Origin: Candidatus Marinamargulisbacteria bacterium
Lineage (GTDB): Bacteria > Margulisbacteria > Marinamargulisbacteria > UBA817
Direction of reading: 5' to 3'
DNA: 46,032 nucleotides
Assembly (NCBI GenBank): GCA_049437345.1
Contig: JBMTIN010000001.1
Span: 1-46,032, forward strand
Positions 8,585 to 17,076 of the stretch are shown piece after piece. Within the stretch, counting starts at the first letter, position 1. The number at the start of each line of letters is the position of its first letter. A model generated the notes under the pieces. The model searched no databases. It was not told the origin of the DNA and worked only from the letters and a program-made list of their open reading frames with translations. The translations under genes and the position numbers were made by a program.

Positions 8585-9343
8585 TTATTCGAGCACCAGT
8601 GTTTTTATTGCGGTTGGTGAGAGTTCTGAAAATTGCCCCGCTGGAAGATCGCCTAGTTGTATTGGGCCAATATCGGTTCGGTGCAATCCGATCACACGGT
8701 ACCCTAAATACTCAAATGATCGTCGTAAAATTCGGTTTCGTCCAATGCCAATGGTAACATGCATCATGGTGGGGTGGGGACCACTAGAAATGGTCATTTT
8801 TGTTGGGCCATCGTCTAAAAAAAAGCCATCACAAAGCCGCTGTTTATCGGCCGGTGCCAATCGTTTATCAAGCGTGATTTGATACCGTTTTAAAATAGAA
8901 AACTTGGGGTGCAGTACCGTTTGAATAAATTGCCCGTCATTTGAAAACAATAATAATCCAGAGGAATGACGATCCAATCGTCCAATCGGCTTAAGTGTGA
9001 TATTCAACCGATATTTTTTTAAGTAATACCCAAGGTCGGTGCGCCCATTGGGGTCGTTAAACGTTGAAATAACATTGAGTGGTTTATGAAACATATAATA
9101 AAGTGATTTTTGCGATCGGATAGGGGTGTTGGCGACAATAATCGTATCCAATGGTGATACCGGGGTTTGCGCATCTCGGATAACCTGTTGATTAACGTGA
9201 ACATTTCCTTCCATAATATATTTCAAAATGGCCCGTCGAGAATGAGGGCTATTTTTTCGGATATAGTTAATGAGCGGTATCTTGAGAGATGGATCCTTGA
9301 ATGTCATACGATAAATAAATCTTATTTTCGTCAAAATGGCCAA
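8585..9343 (-). CDS. rRNA pseudouridine synthase (RsuA/RluB family) with N-terminal S4 domain
   Basis: It carries the catalytic motif GRLDRHSSGLLLFSNDG. The true start is probably the internal Met at 9307 (MTFKDPSL...), which reduces overlap with the upstream gene. Confidence 0.85.
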   Translation of the reverse strand: MAILTKIRFIYRMTFKDPSLKIPLINYIRKNSPHSRRAILKYIMEGNVHVNQQVIRDAQTPVSPLDTIIVANTPIRSQKSLYYMFHKPLNVISTFNDPNGRTDLGYYLKKYRLNITLKPIGRLDRHSSGLLLFSNDGQFIQTVLHPKFSILKRYQITLDKRLAPADKQRLCDGFFLDDGPTKMTISSGPHPTMMHVTIGIGRNRILRRSFEYLGYRVIGLHRTDIGPIQLGDLPAGQFSELSPTAIKTLVLE

Positions 9344-9815
9344 TCATTTTTTGAGCCGTCATAATTAAGTTGTCGGAATTAATATTCAAATGACCATGCG
9401 CATGGAGGATGTTTTTATTTGAATCCAGCATCATTTCATCCGATCGAACCACGTATGTTTGTTGATCCATCAGTAATGTGGCCGATGTTTTGAGCAATTT
9501 TAATATGCCATCCGATGTAGCGTATGCCCCGGTGGGGGATTTGAAGGATAGTTGCTGATTTGGCGAATCCCCAAAAAATGTGCCGTGAATGTCCACCAAA
9601 TAAAAATCATGGGCATCATTAAAAATAGTGGCGGATGTGGCGGTCAGTGACCATTCTTTTTTGCCACTTTTTAATAAGCTGATGGTGACATTTTCAAAGG
9701 TATATTCTCCAGTAATGATATTATTTTTTTTGGACTGTATGGTTGGGGTTCGGGTTGAAACAAAAATGATACCAAGAAGAAGACCAATAATAATTGGGAA
9801 AAATATATGTCGCAT
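9267..9815 (-). CDS. LptC-like (OstA-fold) membrane-anchored protein
   Basis: 182 aa. A single N-terminal TM anchor (FFPIIIGLLLGIIFV) is followed by a beta-rich region. Its repeating pattern resembles LptC/OstA-like proteins. The call rests on pattern only. Confidence 0.45.
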   Translation of the reverse strand: MRHIFFPIIIGLLLGIIFVSTRTPTIQSKKNNIITGEYTFENVTISLLKSGKKEWSLTATSATIFNDAHDFYLVDIHGTFFGDSPNQQLSFKSPTGAYATSDGILKLLKTSATLLMDQQTYVVRSDEMMLDSNKNILHAHGHLNINSDNLIMTAQKMIGHFDENKIYLSYDIQGSISQDTAH

Positions 9816-10447
9816 TATTCAATCCCTACGGGTGGCGTTGGACGGTATTTGGCTTCAATCGATTTCAGTCGTCCAACACTCAGTGTTTCTCCCAATACGC
9901 CAAAGTAGTTTCCCGTTTCATAGTAAGCTTGACCCAATAAAAAGTGAATGGCCGTGGCATTATCATTGATTTTAAGTGCTTTTTTACACCAAGCAATGCC
10001 GTCATCATATTTTTTTTCTTCGCCCAATAGTAGCGCGATAAATCCCATACTCCATACATGATCCGGCTTAATTTTTAAAACCGTTTTAAATGACTGCATG
10101 GCTGCGGCACGATCTTTCATAACATAGTGGGCAAAGGCCAGTTTGAAATGAGACGGCCAATGGTTGGGGTCTTTTTCGATTTCGGCTGTGGCGGTTTTCA
10201 TGACAACTTGTTCGTAATTCTTGTGCAGTTCAGGAACAAGCTTTAGTTGTTCCCATCCCAATTCAATCCATCCAGTAGATGCATAGGCCATAGCAAGCTC
10301 AAATCGAAGCCCCGCATCATTGGGGGTTGCATTAATTTGACGTGTTAATTGGGATTGAATGGCCACATCGTCAGGCGATAATTGGGGGAATGCATGCCCA
10401 ATCATGGTCCACATAAAGAGTATGAAAATAATTAATTTATACATCAT
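9815..10447 (-). CDS. Secreted TPR-repeat protein
   Basis: TPR-like repeats are present (LRFELAMAYASTGW, AFAHYVMKDRAAAMQSFKTVLKIKPDH, LLGQAYYETGNY). The likely start is MMYKLIIFILFMWTMIGHAFP, a signal peptide, at 10447 rather than the ORF-track start at 10519. Confidence 0.7.
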   Translation of the reverse strand: MMYKLIIFILFMWTMIGHAFPQLSPDDVAIQSQLTRQINATPNDAGLRFELAMAYASTGWIELGWEQLKLVPELHKNYEQVVMKTATAEIEKDPNHWPSHFKLAFAHYVMKDRAAAMQSFKTVLKIKPDHVWSMGFIALLLGEEKKYDDGIAWCKKALKINDNATAIHFLLGQAYYETGNYFGVLGETLSVGRLKSIEAKYRPTPPVGIE

Positions 10448-11282
10448 TTTTAATGGTGACGAGGGCTTTTTTAAGCGTGGGTATCCAATGCGCTTGGCTT
10501 GACCGTGATACAATGGCACAGCGAATAATTAATAATCGAATCAAGGTTCGAATAATCATCTTATATGCAACCAATATAGCGTGAGGGTAATATTTTTTGC
10601 ACAAATAGAGGCTACCAATATACCCACCCACCTTGGTTTCAATGGTCTGAAATTTTGTGGATAATCCCCCGTGATGTGTGACCGATACAAAGGGGTAATA
10701 AATGAGTTTCTTTTTTTGTCGTTTTGCATGGATGGCAAAATCCACATCATCATTGTAAAAAAAGAGGTTTCGGTCAAAACCACCCATGTCTTTAAAAAAG
10801 GATGTTCGTATAAAGAGCGATGCCCCCGATAAAAATGATACGGTTTGAACCGTCTTTCGTTTGAATTTTAGGGCATTAAATCCACTTCCTTGTACTTGAA
10901 TACTACCATCGGTATTTAATAGTTGGGGAGATATGCCAACAATGGCCTCATTGGTTGAAAAATGATCAAGAATGGGGCCCATAATATCGTCGGTATGCGA
11001 AAAAACAGTGTCATTATTTAATAGCCAAAGAAACGGGGTAGTAAATTCATCCATGAGTAAATTATGTGCTTGAGGAAACCCAACATTGGTGGGATGTTGA
11101 ATGAGTTTAACATGTTCAGATACATATGGCTCAATCCGTTCAATGGAGTTATCAGTAGAGGCATTATCCCATATGAGCACCTTGAATCGGTGCCCAAATG
11201 AATATTGAGATATAACAGACTGAAGGCAATCATCAATAAATTTGGCGCCATTATAATTTACAATAATAATGGTTAGTATCAT
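10437..11282 (-). CDS. Glycosyltransferase family 2
   Basis: 281 aa. The N-terminus ILTIIIVNYNGAKFIDDCLQSV...WDNASTD and the later NDD/DVD motifs are typical of the GT-A fold GT2 family. Confidence 0.8.
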   Translation of the reverse strand: MILTIIIVNYNGAKFIDDCLQSVISQYSFGHRFKVLIWDNASTDNSIERIEPYVSEHVKLIQHPTNVGFPQAHNLLMDEFTTPFLWLLNNDTVFSHTDDIMGPILDHFSTNEAIVGISPQLLNTDGSIQVQGSGFNALKFKRKTVQTVSFLSGASLFIRTSFFKDMGGFDRNLFFYNDDVDFAIHAKRQKKKLIYYPFVSVTHHGGLSTKFQTIETKVGGYIGSLYLCKKYYPHAILVAYKMIIRTLIRLLIIRCAIVSRSSQAHWIPTLKKALVTIKNDV

Positions 11283-11809
11283 ATGTGATTTATTTGGGAA
11301 GGCTGTGTTATTTCATCAAACAAGGCTGAATGTGGGACCCATGAAACCGTGTGAATGAGTGGGTGGGCCAATGGCGCAATGGTGGATGGCGTGGATTCAA
11401 TGAAATAAGATATGAGGTCGTTCGGGGTCTCGGTTGGCATGGTCAATTGAATCCCCCATAATTCAGACATTGTCACACTTTTTATTATTTGATCAGGGCA
11501 TTCTTTAGATAACGCAATCATTTTAGACGTTAAATTCAAAGGCTTTTTTCGTGAAACATTAAAATAATAATGCGAAGGATTAAACCGTTGTTTATCAAGT
11601 AATAAATGGTGTTTGTTGGGGTTGGAAAAAATATATGTGGATTCAATCACATGACGTAATTCAGATTCAATAATATTTCCCGTAATAGTATATTGTTCAA
11701 ATCGTTGGATGGCCGTGGGTCGGTTCCCTTTTGAGGCATAATGATCAAATAATTGTTGTGCGCTAACAGCCGCTAAATCTTTTTGTTTTAATGTGGTAAA
11801 AATAATCAT
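11279..11809 (-). CDS. Hypothetical protein, possibly a tandem PurS-like (FGAM synthase N-domain-like) protein
   Basis: 176 aa, directly downstream of purQ. Both halves end with a PurS-like xNPxxH/E motif (IFSNPNKHHLLL and PLAHPLIHTVSWV), each preceded by an LK/RK...strand pattern. The similarity is weak and was judged by eye. Confidence 0.35.
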   Translation of the reverse strand: MIIFTTLKQKDLAAVSAQQLFDHYASKGNRPTAIQRFEQYTITGNIIESELRHVIESTYIFSNPNKHHLLLDKQRFNPSHYYFNVSRKKPLNLTSKMIALSKECPDQIIKSVTMSELWGIQLTMPTETPNDLISYFIESTPSTIAPLAHPLIHTVSWVPHSALFDEITQPSQINHI

Positions 11810-11812
11810 GAT

Positions 11813-12550
11813 TTATCCTTTAAATGCATTAAATAAGTCAGTAAAATCCGTTAACGCCAGATGATTTTTTTTGGCATATGCTCGAATGGCATGTGGGTAT
11901 CGTTGTGAATTTAAGGATCGTTCGGGGTGGGGCATTATCGCAAATGCATTTCCTTCGGCGTTACTAATCGCCGCCAATCCGTTGGTTGCGCCATTCGGAG
12001 TGGTGGGAAATGTGGCTTCGGTATGACCATCAATACGGGAATAAACCAACCCACTGGTTGGGGGTGTTTTATGCAAAAAACGACCTTCTCCGTGGCAAAT
12101 TTGAACGGGCAATACAGTGTTATCGTTAAACGATGCTAAAAATGGTGTGTGTCGGTGATTAAATGGTCGCAAAAATCCCCAGTCACACATGAATCCAATG
12201 GGGGTTTCATGGACGTAATTAAGATCAATGATATCGGTGAGTACGTCATGGTGGGAGAACAATCCAGCTTCGACCAATATTTGGGCCCCATTACAAATAC
12301 CTAAAATCAATTTTCCTTTGGTGGATTCATGGCGTAATTGACGAATAATTGGAAGCTTTGCTGCAATTACACCGGCGCGAATCCGATCCTGAAAACTGAA
12401 CCCTCCGGGTAAAATAAATCCTGAAAAACGGTCAAGATTAACAGCTGAATTCCAAGGCACGCGTTCATAAGAAATCGATAATTTATCGAGTGCTTGTGCC
12501 GTTTCATCTTCGCAATTACTGCCTGGAAACTGTAAAATTGCGACACTCAT
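11813..12550 (-). CDS. purQ: Phosphoribosylformylglycinamidine synthase, glutaminase subunit PurQ
   Basis: It has the N-terminal VAILQFPGSNCEDE, the nucleophile elbow GICNGAQIL, then HGEGRF and MPHPERS. Confidence 0.9.
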   Translation of the reverse strand: MSVAILQFPGSNCEDETAQALDKLSISYERVPWNSAVNLDRFSGFILPGGFSFQDRIRAGVIAAKLPIIRQLRHESTKGKLILGICNGAQILVEAGLFSHHDVLTDIIDLNYVHETPIGFMCDWGFLRPFNHRHTPFLASFNDNTVLPVQICHGEGRFLHKTPPTSGLVYSRIDGHTEATFPTTPNGATNGLAAISNAEGNAFAIMPHPERSLNSQRYPHAIRAYAKKNHLALTDFTDLFNAFKG

Positions 12551-13542
12551 CTAAAAAAGTCTCTTTCAACATTAATGGCCGCAATCATTCCATCCGATAC
12601 CGCAGGGGCAATTTGTCGCACTTGTTTACTACGGATATCGCCGGCCGCATATACGCCATGAATATTTGTTCGCATGCAATCATCCGTAATAATAAACCCC
12701 TGTTCATCGAGTTCAATATCAAATCGAACAATATCTTGAGGGGGAACGCGACCAATATAAATAAATACACCCTGGGCATCCAGCCAGGTGGATTGTCCGG
12801 TAATAATATTTTCGGTCAATACGCGTTCTACGTGGTCTACCCCAAATAATTCGGTGACTTTGGCGTTCCACATAATGGTAATTTTAGGGTTTGTTTCAAT
12901 CGTCTGTTTTAGTTTCTTTACGGCACGAATCGTGTCATAATTATGTACCATATATACATGATTTACGTATTTCGATAAATAATCGGCGGCATAGCAGGCA
13001 CAATTCCCCCCCCCAATGACAACCGCATTTTTGTTATGGTAATGGCTGGGGTCCGCTTGAGCGTAATATGAAATCCCTTGTCCCAGAAACCGTGATTCAA
13101 AATCGGCATTTAGTTTCTTTGGGTCCAACCCAATGGCCAATATCACGGTTTTTGTGCGGTAATTATGCCCCAGCGATGTCGTTACTGTTTTTACGGGGCC
13201 GTCAATACTAATAAAATCCATGACGGTTTCACAGGTATAGTAAATATCATGTCGAAATAATTGATCTTCCATAGATCGACCCAAGTCTGGCCCTAAAATA
13301 CCCTCGGGTTGACCAATAAAATTATCAATCCGACAAGCCGTGGAGCATTCTCCTCCAGGCAGTGCTTTTTCAATAACCAATGTTTTCAAATCGGCGCGAG
13401 ACGCACAGACGGCTGCGGACATGCCCGCCGGACCTGAACCCACAACAATTACATCAAATAAATCATTATTTTCAGGTGACTTTCGTATTAACGCTGACTC
13501 CGGTTGCGTTGCGTCAATGGAATCCGCCGTCGAAAAAACCAT
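12547..13542 (-). CDS. Thioredoxin-reductase-like FAD-dependent oxidoreductase lacking the canonical CxxC
   Basis: Low-Mr TrxR architecture is clear (VIVVGSGPAGMSAA, AVVIGGGNCACYAADYL, GVYAAGDIR). However, the CATC position reads YAQA and HRRD reads HNYD. A CSTAC pair lies in the FAD domain (nt 13333-13347). Confidence 0.7.
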   Translation of the reverse strand: MVFSTADSIDATQPESALIRKSPENNDLFDVIVVGSGPAGMSAAVCASRADLKTLVIEKALPGGECSTACRIDNFIGQPEGILGPDLGRSMEDQLFRHDIYYTCETVMDFISIDGPVKTVTTSLGHNYRTKTVILAIGLDPKKLNADFESRFLGQGISYYAQADPSHYHNKNAVVIGGGNCACYAADYLSKYVNHVYMVHNYDTIRAVKKLKQTIETNPKITIMWNAKVTELFGVDHVERVLTENIITGQSTWLDAQGVFIYIGRVPPQDIVRFDIELDEQGFIITDDCMRTNIHGVYAAGDIRSKQVRQIAPAVSDGMIAAINVERDFFR

Positions 13543-13544
13543 GG

Positions 13545-14036
13545 TTACTCCTTAATAGTAAATTTCGTTCGTTTGTTTGAAATAATCGTGTCTGTCTTTA
13601 AGTTATAGATTAATTGATTCGATTTAATTTGGCTACCATTTTGTTTGATATAAACGTTGTTGAGCAATGTTAAAATAGCCCCGTTTTCAATGATCAAGTC
13701 ATCTGATGTGGCCTGTATGGATGTGGTTGTCAATTCAATATTACGGTGACCGGTTATTTTATTTTTTAGGATATTGGCGGTAAATTGCTCCCCTTTTAGG
13801 GTTGAATTGTTATGTGTAATAACAACATTTGTATTAAATTGGCCGGTTTGGGTGTCAATATTATACTGAAATTGCTGAGCACGTAGTCGGATATTGTTGT
13901 ATTCAAATTGAGCATTGCCAGAGGCCTGCATGGTGTCGGGCATGGCTAACGTAATGGTATCGGCTGAAAATTGAATGGATGGCGCGCCCAATAGCCCATA
14001 TGACATGATAATAAAGGAAAGAATGAATTGAACCAT
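13545..14036 (-). CDS. LptA/OstA-N-like periplasmic protein
   Basis: 163 aa. A signal-like N-terminus is followed by the repeated beta-jellyroll pattern typical of LptA (ADTITL....ASGNAQFEYNNIRLRAQQFQYN....GQF..NVVITHNNSTLKGEQ). The call rests on pattern only. Confidence 0.5.
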   Translation of the reverse strand: MVQFILSFIIMSYGLLGAPSIQFSADTITLAMPDTMQASGNAQFEYNNIRLRAQQFQYNIDTQTGQFNTNVVITHNNSTLKGEQFTANILKNKITGHRNIELTTTSIQATSDDLIIENGAILTLLNNVYIKQNGSQIKSNQLIYNLKTDTIISNKRTKFTIKE

Positions 14037-14108
14037 ACTCTATAGATCATATATTTATAAATTAATTCTTAACAATACTAATTTTTATTGATACTATATT
14101 TTCCAAGT

Positions 14109-14184
14109 GATCCGGTAGCTCAGTTGGTAGAGCACCTGACTTTTAATCAGGTGGCCGTGAGTTCGACCCTCACCCGGATCACCA
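14109..14184 (+). tRNA. tRNA-Lys (anticodon TTT), CCA encoded
   Basis: GATCCGGTAGCTCAGTTGGTAGAGCACCTGACTTTTAATCAGGTGGCCGTGAGTTCGACCCTCACCCGGATCACCA, with anticodon loop CTTTTAA. Confidence 0.92.
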
Positions 14185-14195
14185 CTATTTTTACC

Positions 14196-14774
14196 ATGAA
14201 CAATAATTATTTTCCGATACTTCAATCTCATATGTCTGCCACGCGATTGGATCACGTGATTCGTGTTCAGAAAATGGCTGTTTTTCTGGCCGAATCCCAT
14301 GGTTTAGATACATCGAGCATATCTGTCGCGGCACTATTGCATGATATTGCAAAGCAACATACCCCAGAGACATTGACGGCATTGGGATTGGATGTTCGTG
14401 CGTTGGATGATTGCTGGAGGGCCTATCCCGCTGTTTGGCATGCCTTTGCTGGTCCATTGCTTGTGCATCATGTGTTTCCTAATGAACCATCGTGTATTGA
14501 TTCGATGATTGAATGTCATACCACTGGCAAGGCCAATATGTCCGACAATGACATGGTTGTATTTATTGCCGATTTTATTGAGCCTGGTCGATGTTTTCCT
14601 GAAAGGGAGGGACTGGTGAGTATGGCCACATCCAATTTAAAAACAACGGTGGCGACCATTACCGAGATGACATTGAAGAAACTTGAAATAAAGCAACAAG
14701 CGGTGCATCCATTGACACAAGATTGTTGGGCCTGGTCAAAGTCAGCAATTTCTCGATATGGTAATGCGATATGA
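14196..14774 (+). CDS. yqeK: HD-domain protein YqeK (bis(5'-nucleosyl)-tetraphosphatase family)
   Basis: The HD motif LLHDIAK is present, and the position upstream of rsfS fits. The start is placed at ATG 14196 because the ORF-track start at 14088 runs through tRNA-Lys. Confidence 0.75.
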   Translation: MNNNYFPILQSHMSATRLDHVIRVQKMAVFLAESHGLDTSSISVAALLHDIAKQHTPETLTALGLDVRALDDCWRAYPAVWHAFAGPLLVHHVFPNEPSCIDSMIECHTTGKANMSDNDMVVFIADFIEPGRCFPEREGLVSMATSNLKTTVATITEMTLKKLEIKQQAVHPLTQDCWAWSKSAISRYGNAI

Positions 14775-16075
14775 ATCGAATAATTTCACATTTAGCCCAA
14801 TTTAAACGGACCATTTTTGTGATATGTGTTGTATCGCTGGCACTATGCTTGGGTCGGGCATTGACCTTCTTTTTATTAGCGATTCATTTAGTGGGGGTAA
14901 TTCCAGGGACATCAGTATCTGGCATCAATGTATTGGTGGTTGGCACCGATAGCGTGGATGGGACCCAGCGGTCCGATGTGATTTCAGTGGTTCATTTTAA
15001 TCAGGATCATGCCTCCGTTCGGGTGCTGGCGATTCCTCGTGATACACGAGTCACGATTGACGGGGTGGGGGTATCTAAAATTAATCACGCGTATGCCCAT
15101 GGGGGTATTTCTTTATTAAAAAAGACGGTATCAGAGTTTTTATCCATTCCCATTCATCACCATGTTGTGGTCAACACGGGGGGGCTGATGAAGTTGATCG
15201 ATACATTAGGTGGCGTTAAGGTTACCATTGATAAACCGATGAAATACGATGATTTTGCGGGAGATCTACACATTGATTTTCCAAAAGGAGAGGTTCATTT
15301 ATCCGGAGAAGATGTGGTCAAATATATTCGGTTTCGTAATGATGCTCAAGGTGATATTGGCCGAATTCAACGGCAACAGCAGGTAATGGATCAGTTGCTT
15401 GATCAGGTCTTTAATTTAAGATCACTGGTGGTGTCTCCCAAGCTAATTACTATTTTTTTATCATCAGTTAAAACGGATATCTCATTTAAAACAGCGGCGC
15501 AATGGGTGCATTTTTTAACTCGTGGGACGCGCCCCATTGATATTATGTTTTCAACCGTTCCTGGCAGTATTCGTTTGATCGAAGGGGTGAGTTATTGGCG
15601 CCCCAACATTGTGTATTTGGATTCGCTGATTACCAAAACCTTTATGGATTACGGGGAAACGGTATCATCGGCGGGCCATCAGCAGCAGCGGCCACTGACA
15701 TCCGATCAAATTCAGCGTGTTGGGCAGCAATTATTGTTGGATACTCATCAGAATATCGACGCATTGTCGCCAATGACAATTGAAGTGCTAAATGGGAATG
15801 GTATTTCGGGGTTGGCCGTTTATACGGCTGATGTGCTGAGATCGTATCAGTTGGATGTGCCGATTATTGATAATTCAGAATCGTTTGAATATAAAGACAC
15901 CATTATTGTTGATTGGAAGGGCAATTTAGATAAAAGTATGAAATTGGCCCAATTACTCGCCATTGATCCATCCAATATAGTTGTTTATGATAGACAGGAC
16001 AAGCCGTTGGATATCACGCTTGTATTGGGGAAAGATTGGTCCGAAGATAGAGTCCGGAAATTAGGTGTTAAATGA
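14771..16075 (+). CDS. LytR-CpsA-Psr (LCP) family protein with C-terminal LytR_C-like domain
   Basis: An N-terminal TM anchor is followed by the LCP core: NVLVVGTDS...RSDVISVVHFN...VLAIPRDTRV...SKINHAYAHGG. The C-terminus IEVLNGNGISGLA is typical of LytR_C. Confidence 0.85.
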   Translation: MNRIISHLAQFKRTIFVICVVSLALCLGRALTFFLLAIHLVGVIPGTSVSGINVLVVGTDSVDGTQRSDVISVVHFNQDHASVRVLAIPRDTRVTIDGVGVSKINHAYAHGGISLLKKTVSEFLSIPIHHHVVVNTGGLMKLIDTLGGVKVTIDKPMKYDDFAGDLHIDFPKGEVHLSGEDVVKYIRFRNDAQGDIGRIQRQQQVMDQLLDQVFNLRSLVVSPKLITIFLSSVKTDISFKTAAQWVHFLTRGTRPIDIMFSTVPGSIRLIEGVSYWRPNIVYLDSLITKTFMDYGETVSSAGHQQQRPLTSDQIQRVGQQLLLDTHQNIDALSPMTIEVLNGNGISGLAVYTADVLRSYQLDVPIIDNSESFEYKDTIIVDWKGNLDKSMKLAQLLAIDPSNIVVYDRQDKPLDITLVLGKDWSEDRVRKLGVK

Positions 16076-16428
16076 AAAAAGAAATTGAATTAATGATCGA
16101 TGTGTTAAGCGAAAAAAAAGCAGAAGATATTTTAGTGGTTCAATTTGAAGAGGGGCAACATTCCGTAGCCGATCATATTATTGTGGTGTCAGCATTAAAT
16201 GCTGTTCACTTGAAGTCATTGTGTGCCGATTTGCAACGGTTCTATAAGAAGAATAAACAGGATGCATTGGGTGAATTAGATTACATTGGGGTGTCGGGAA
16301 ACCCTGAATCATTATGGGTAATTCTAGATTTTAATGATTTGATTATTCATATTATGGAAAAAGATCTTCGTGTGCAATACGATTTTGATAATTTATTTGC
16401 GACGGATGAAAATTATCGTTATCATTAG
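16072..16428 (+). CDS. rsfS: Ribosome silencing factor RsfS (iojap family)
   Basis: 118 aa, with family pattern DHIIVVSALNAVHLKSL...WVILDFNDLIIHIM. It overlaps the upstream stop by 4 nt. Confidence 0.85.
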   Translation: MKKEIELMIDVLSEKKAEDILVVQFEEGQHSVADHIIVVSALNAVHLKSLCADLQRFYKKNKQDALGELDYIGVSGNPESLWVILDFNDLIIHIMEKDLRVQYDFDNLFATDENYRYH

Positions 16429-16437
16429 TGAAACCTT

Positions 16438-16513
16438 GGGGTTATAGCTCAGTTGGGAGAGCACTTGCATGGCATGCAAGGGGTCGGGGGTTCAAGTCCC
16501 CCTAACTCCACCA
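16438..16513 (+). tRNA. tRNA-Ala (anticodon GGC), CCA encoded
   Basis: GGGGTTATAGCTCAGTTGGGAGAGCACTTGCATGGCATGCAAGGGGTCGGGGGTTCAAGTCCCCCTAACTCCACCA. The G3:U70 identity pair is present, and the anticodon loop is ATGGCAT. Confidence 0.92.
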
Positions 16514-16523
16514 AGTTTATTTA

Positions 16524-16817
16524 TTAAGGACGGATTGAGTCATAAAATACGGCCAGTCTGTCTACCGCATCTTCTAAATTCGAAATAGTTAATTGATTGA
16601 ATGAGAATATCACATGTGCTTTTGGTCCACTGCTTAAATGGAGTATAGATATAAGTATATATTTGTTTTTAAATTTCATGGTAGTTTTTAGCCTTTTTGA
16701 TTCTAAGAAAAGGGTGTCGACAGATGCGTTTTTTGGTTTTTTGAGTGCGAAATTTTTAAATATTTTATCAGATTTCTTTGATTTTGTGAGGTTTATTATA
16801 CTCATAATATTACACAT
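16524..16817 (-). CDS. Hypothetical Lys-rich small protein (possibly not a real gene)
   Basis: 97-aa ORF in a markedly AT-rich spacer. It has no recognisable motif. Confidence 0.25.
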   Translation of the reverse strand: MCNIMSIINLTKSKKSDKIFKNFALKKPKNASVDTLFLESKRLKTTMKFKNKYILISILHLSSGPKAHVIFSFNQLTISNLEDAVDRLAVFYDSIRP

Positions 16818-16890
16818 TGTTACGCATTAATTATTGCGTGTCAATAAGGTGTCTATTGCAAAAATAAGGGTTGCTAAATACAATTAACAT

Positions 16891-17076
16891 GTGGCAAAAG
16901 CAGAAAAGGTGTTGGAATTAATTCGGAACAAATCAAAGCGTGTTAACTTGGCGTTAAATCCCCAGTTATGGGCATTATTTGATGCGTGTGTTGCCGAGGA
17001 AGATGTTGCGCCCACCCATAAAATAGAAGAATTAATTATTGCATACCTTGATAAACAAGGCCTTTTAGATGAGTGA
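16891..17076 (+). CDS. Small hypothetical protein, possibly ribbon-helix-helix, translationally coupled to dnaG
   Basis: 61 aa with a GTG start. Its stop overlaps the dnaG ATG by 8 nt. RVNLALNPQLWALFDACVAEE...IEELIIAYL has a strand-helix-helix pattern. It is not ribosomal protein S21. Confidence 0.45.
   Translation: MAKAEKVLELIRNKSKRVNLALNPQLWALFDACVAEEDVAPTHKIEELIIAYLDKQGLLDE

Noticed and set aside
10448-10519. N-terminal extension of the TPR protein ORF
   Set aside because: It overlaps the GT2 gene. The internal Met gives a clean signal peptide and only an 11-nt overlap.
12490-12849. 119-aa plus-strand ORF across the purQ/TrxR-like junction
   Set aside because: It is antisense to two well-supported genes and has no motifs.
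13006-13014. G9 (C9 on the plus strand) tract as a phase-variation switch in the TrxR-like gene
   Set aside because: It encodes the invariant GGG of the second dinucleotide-binding GxGxxG motif. This genome often uses GGG codons, so a contingency role in a housekeeping-type flavoprotein is unlikely.
14088-14195. N-terminal extension of the yqeK ORF
   Set aside because: The extension is the translation of tRNA-Lys (14109-14184). The real start is taken as ATG 14196.
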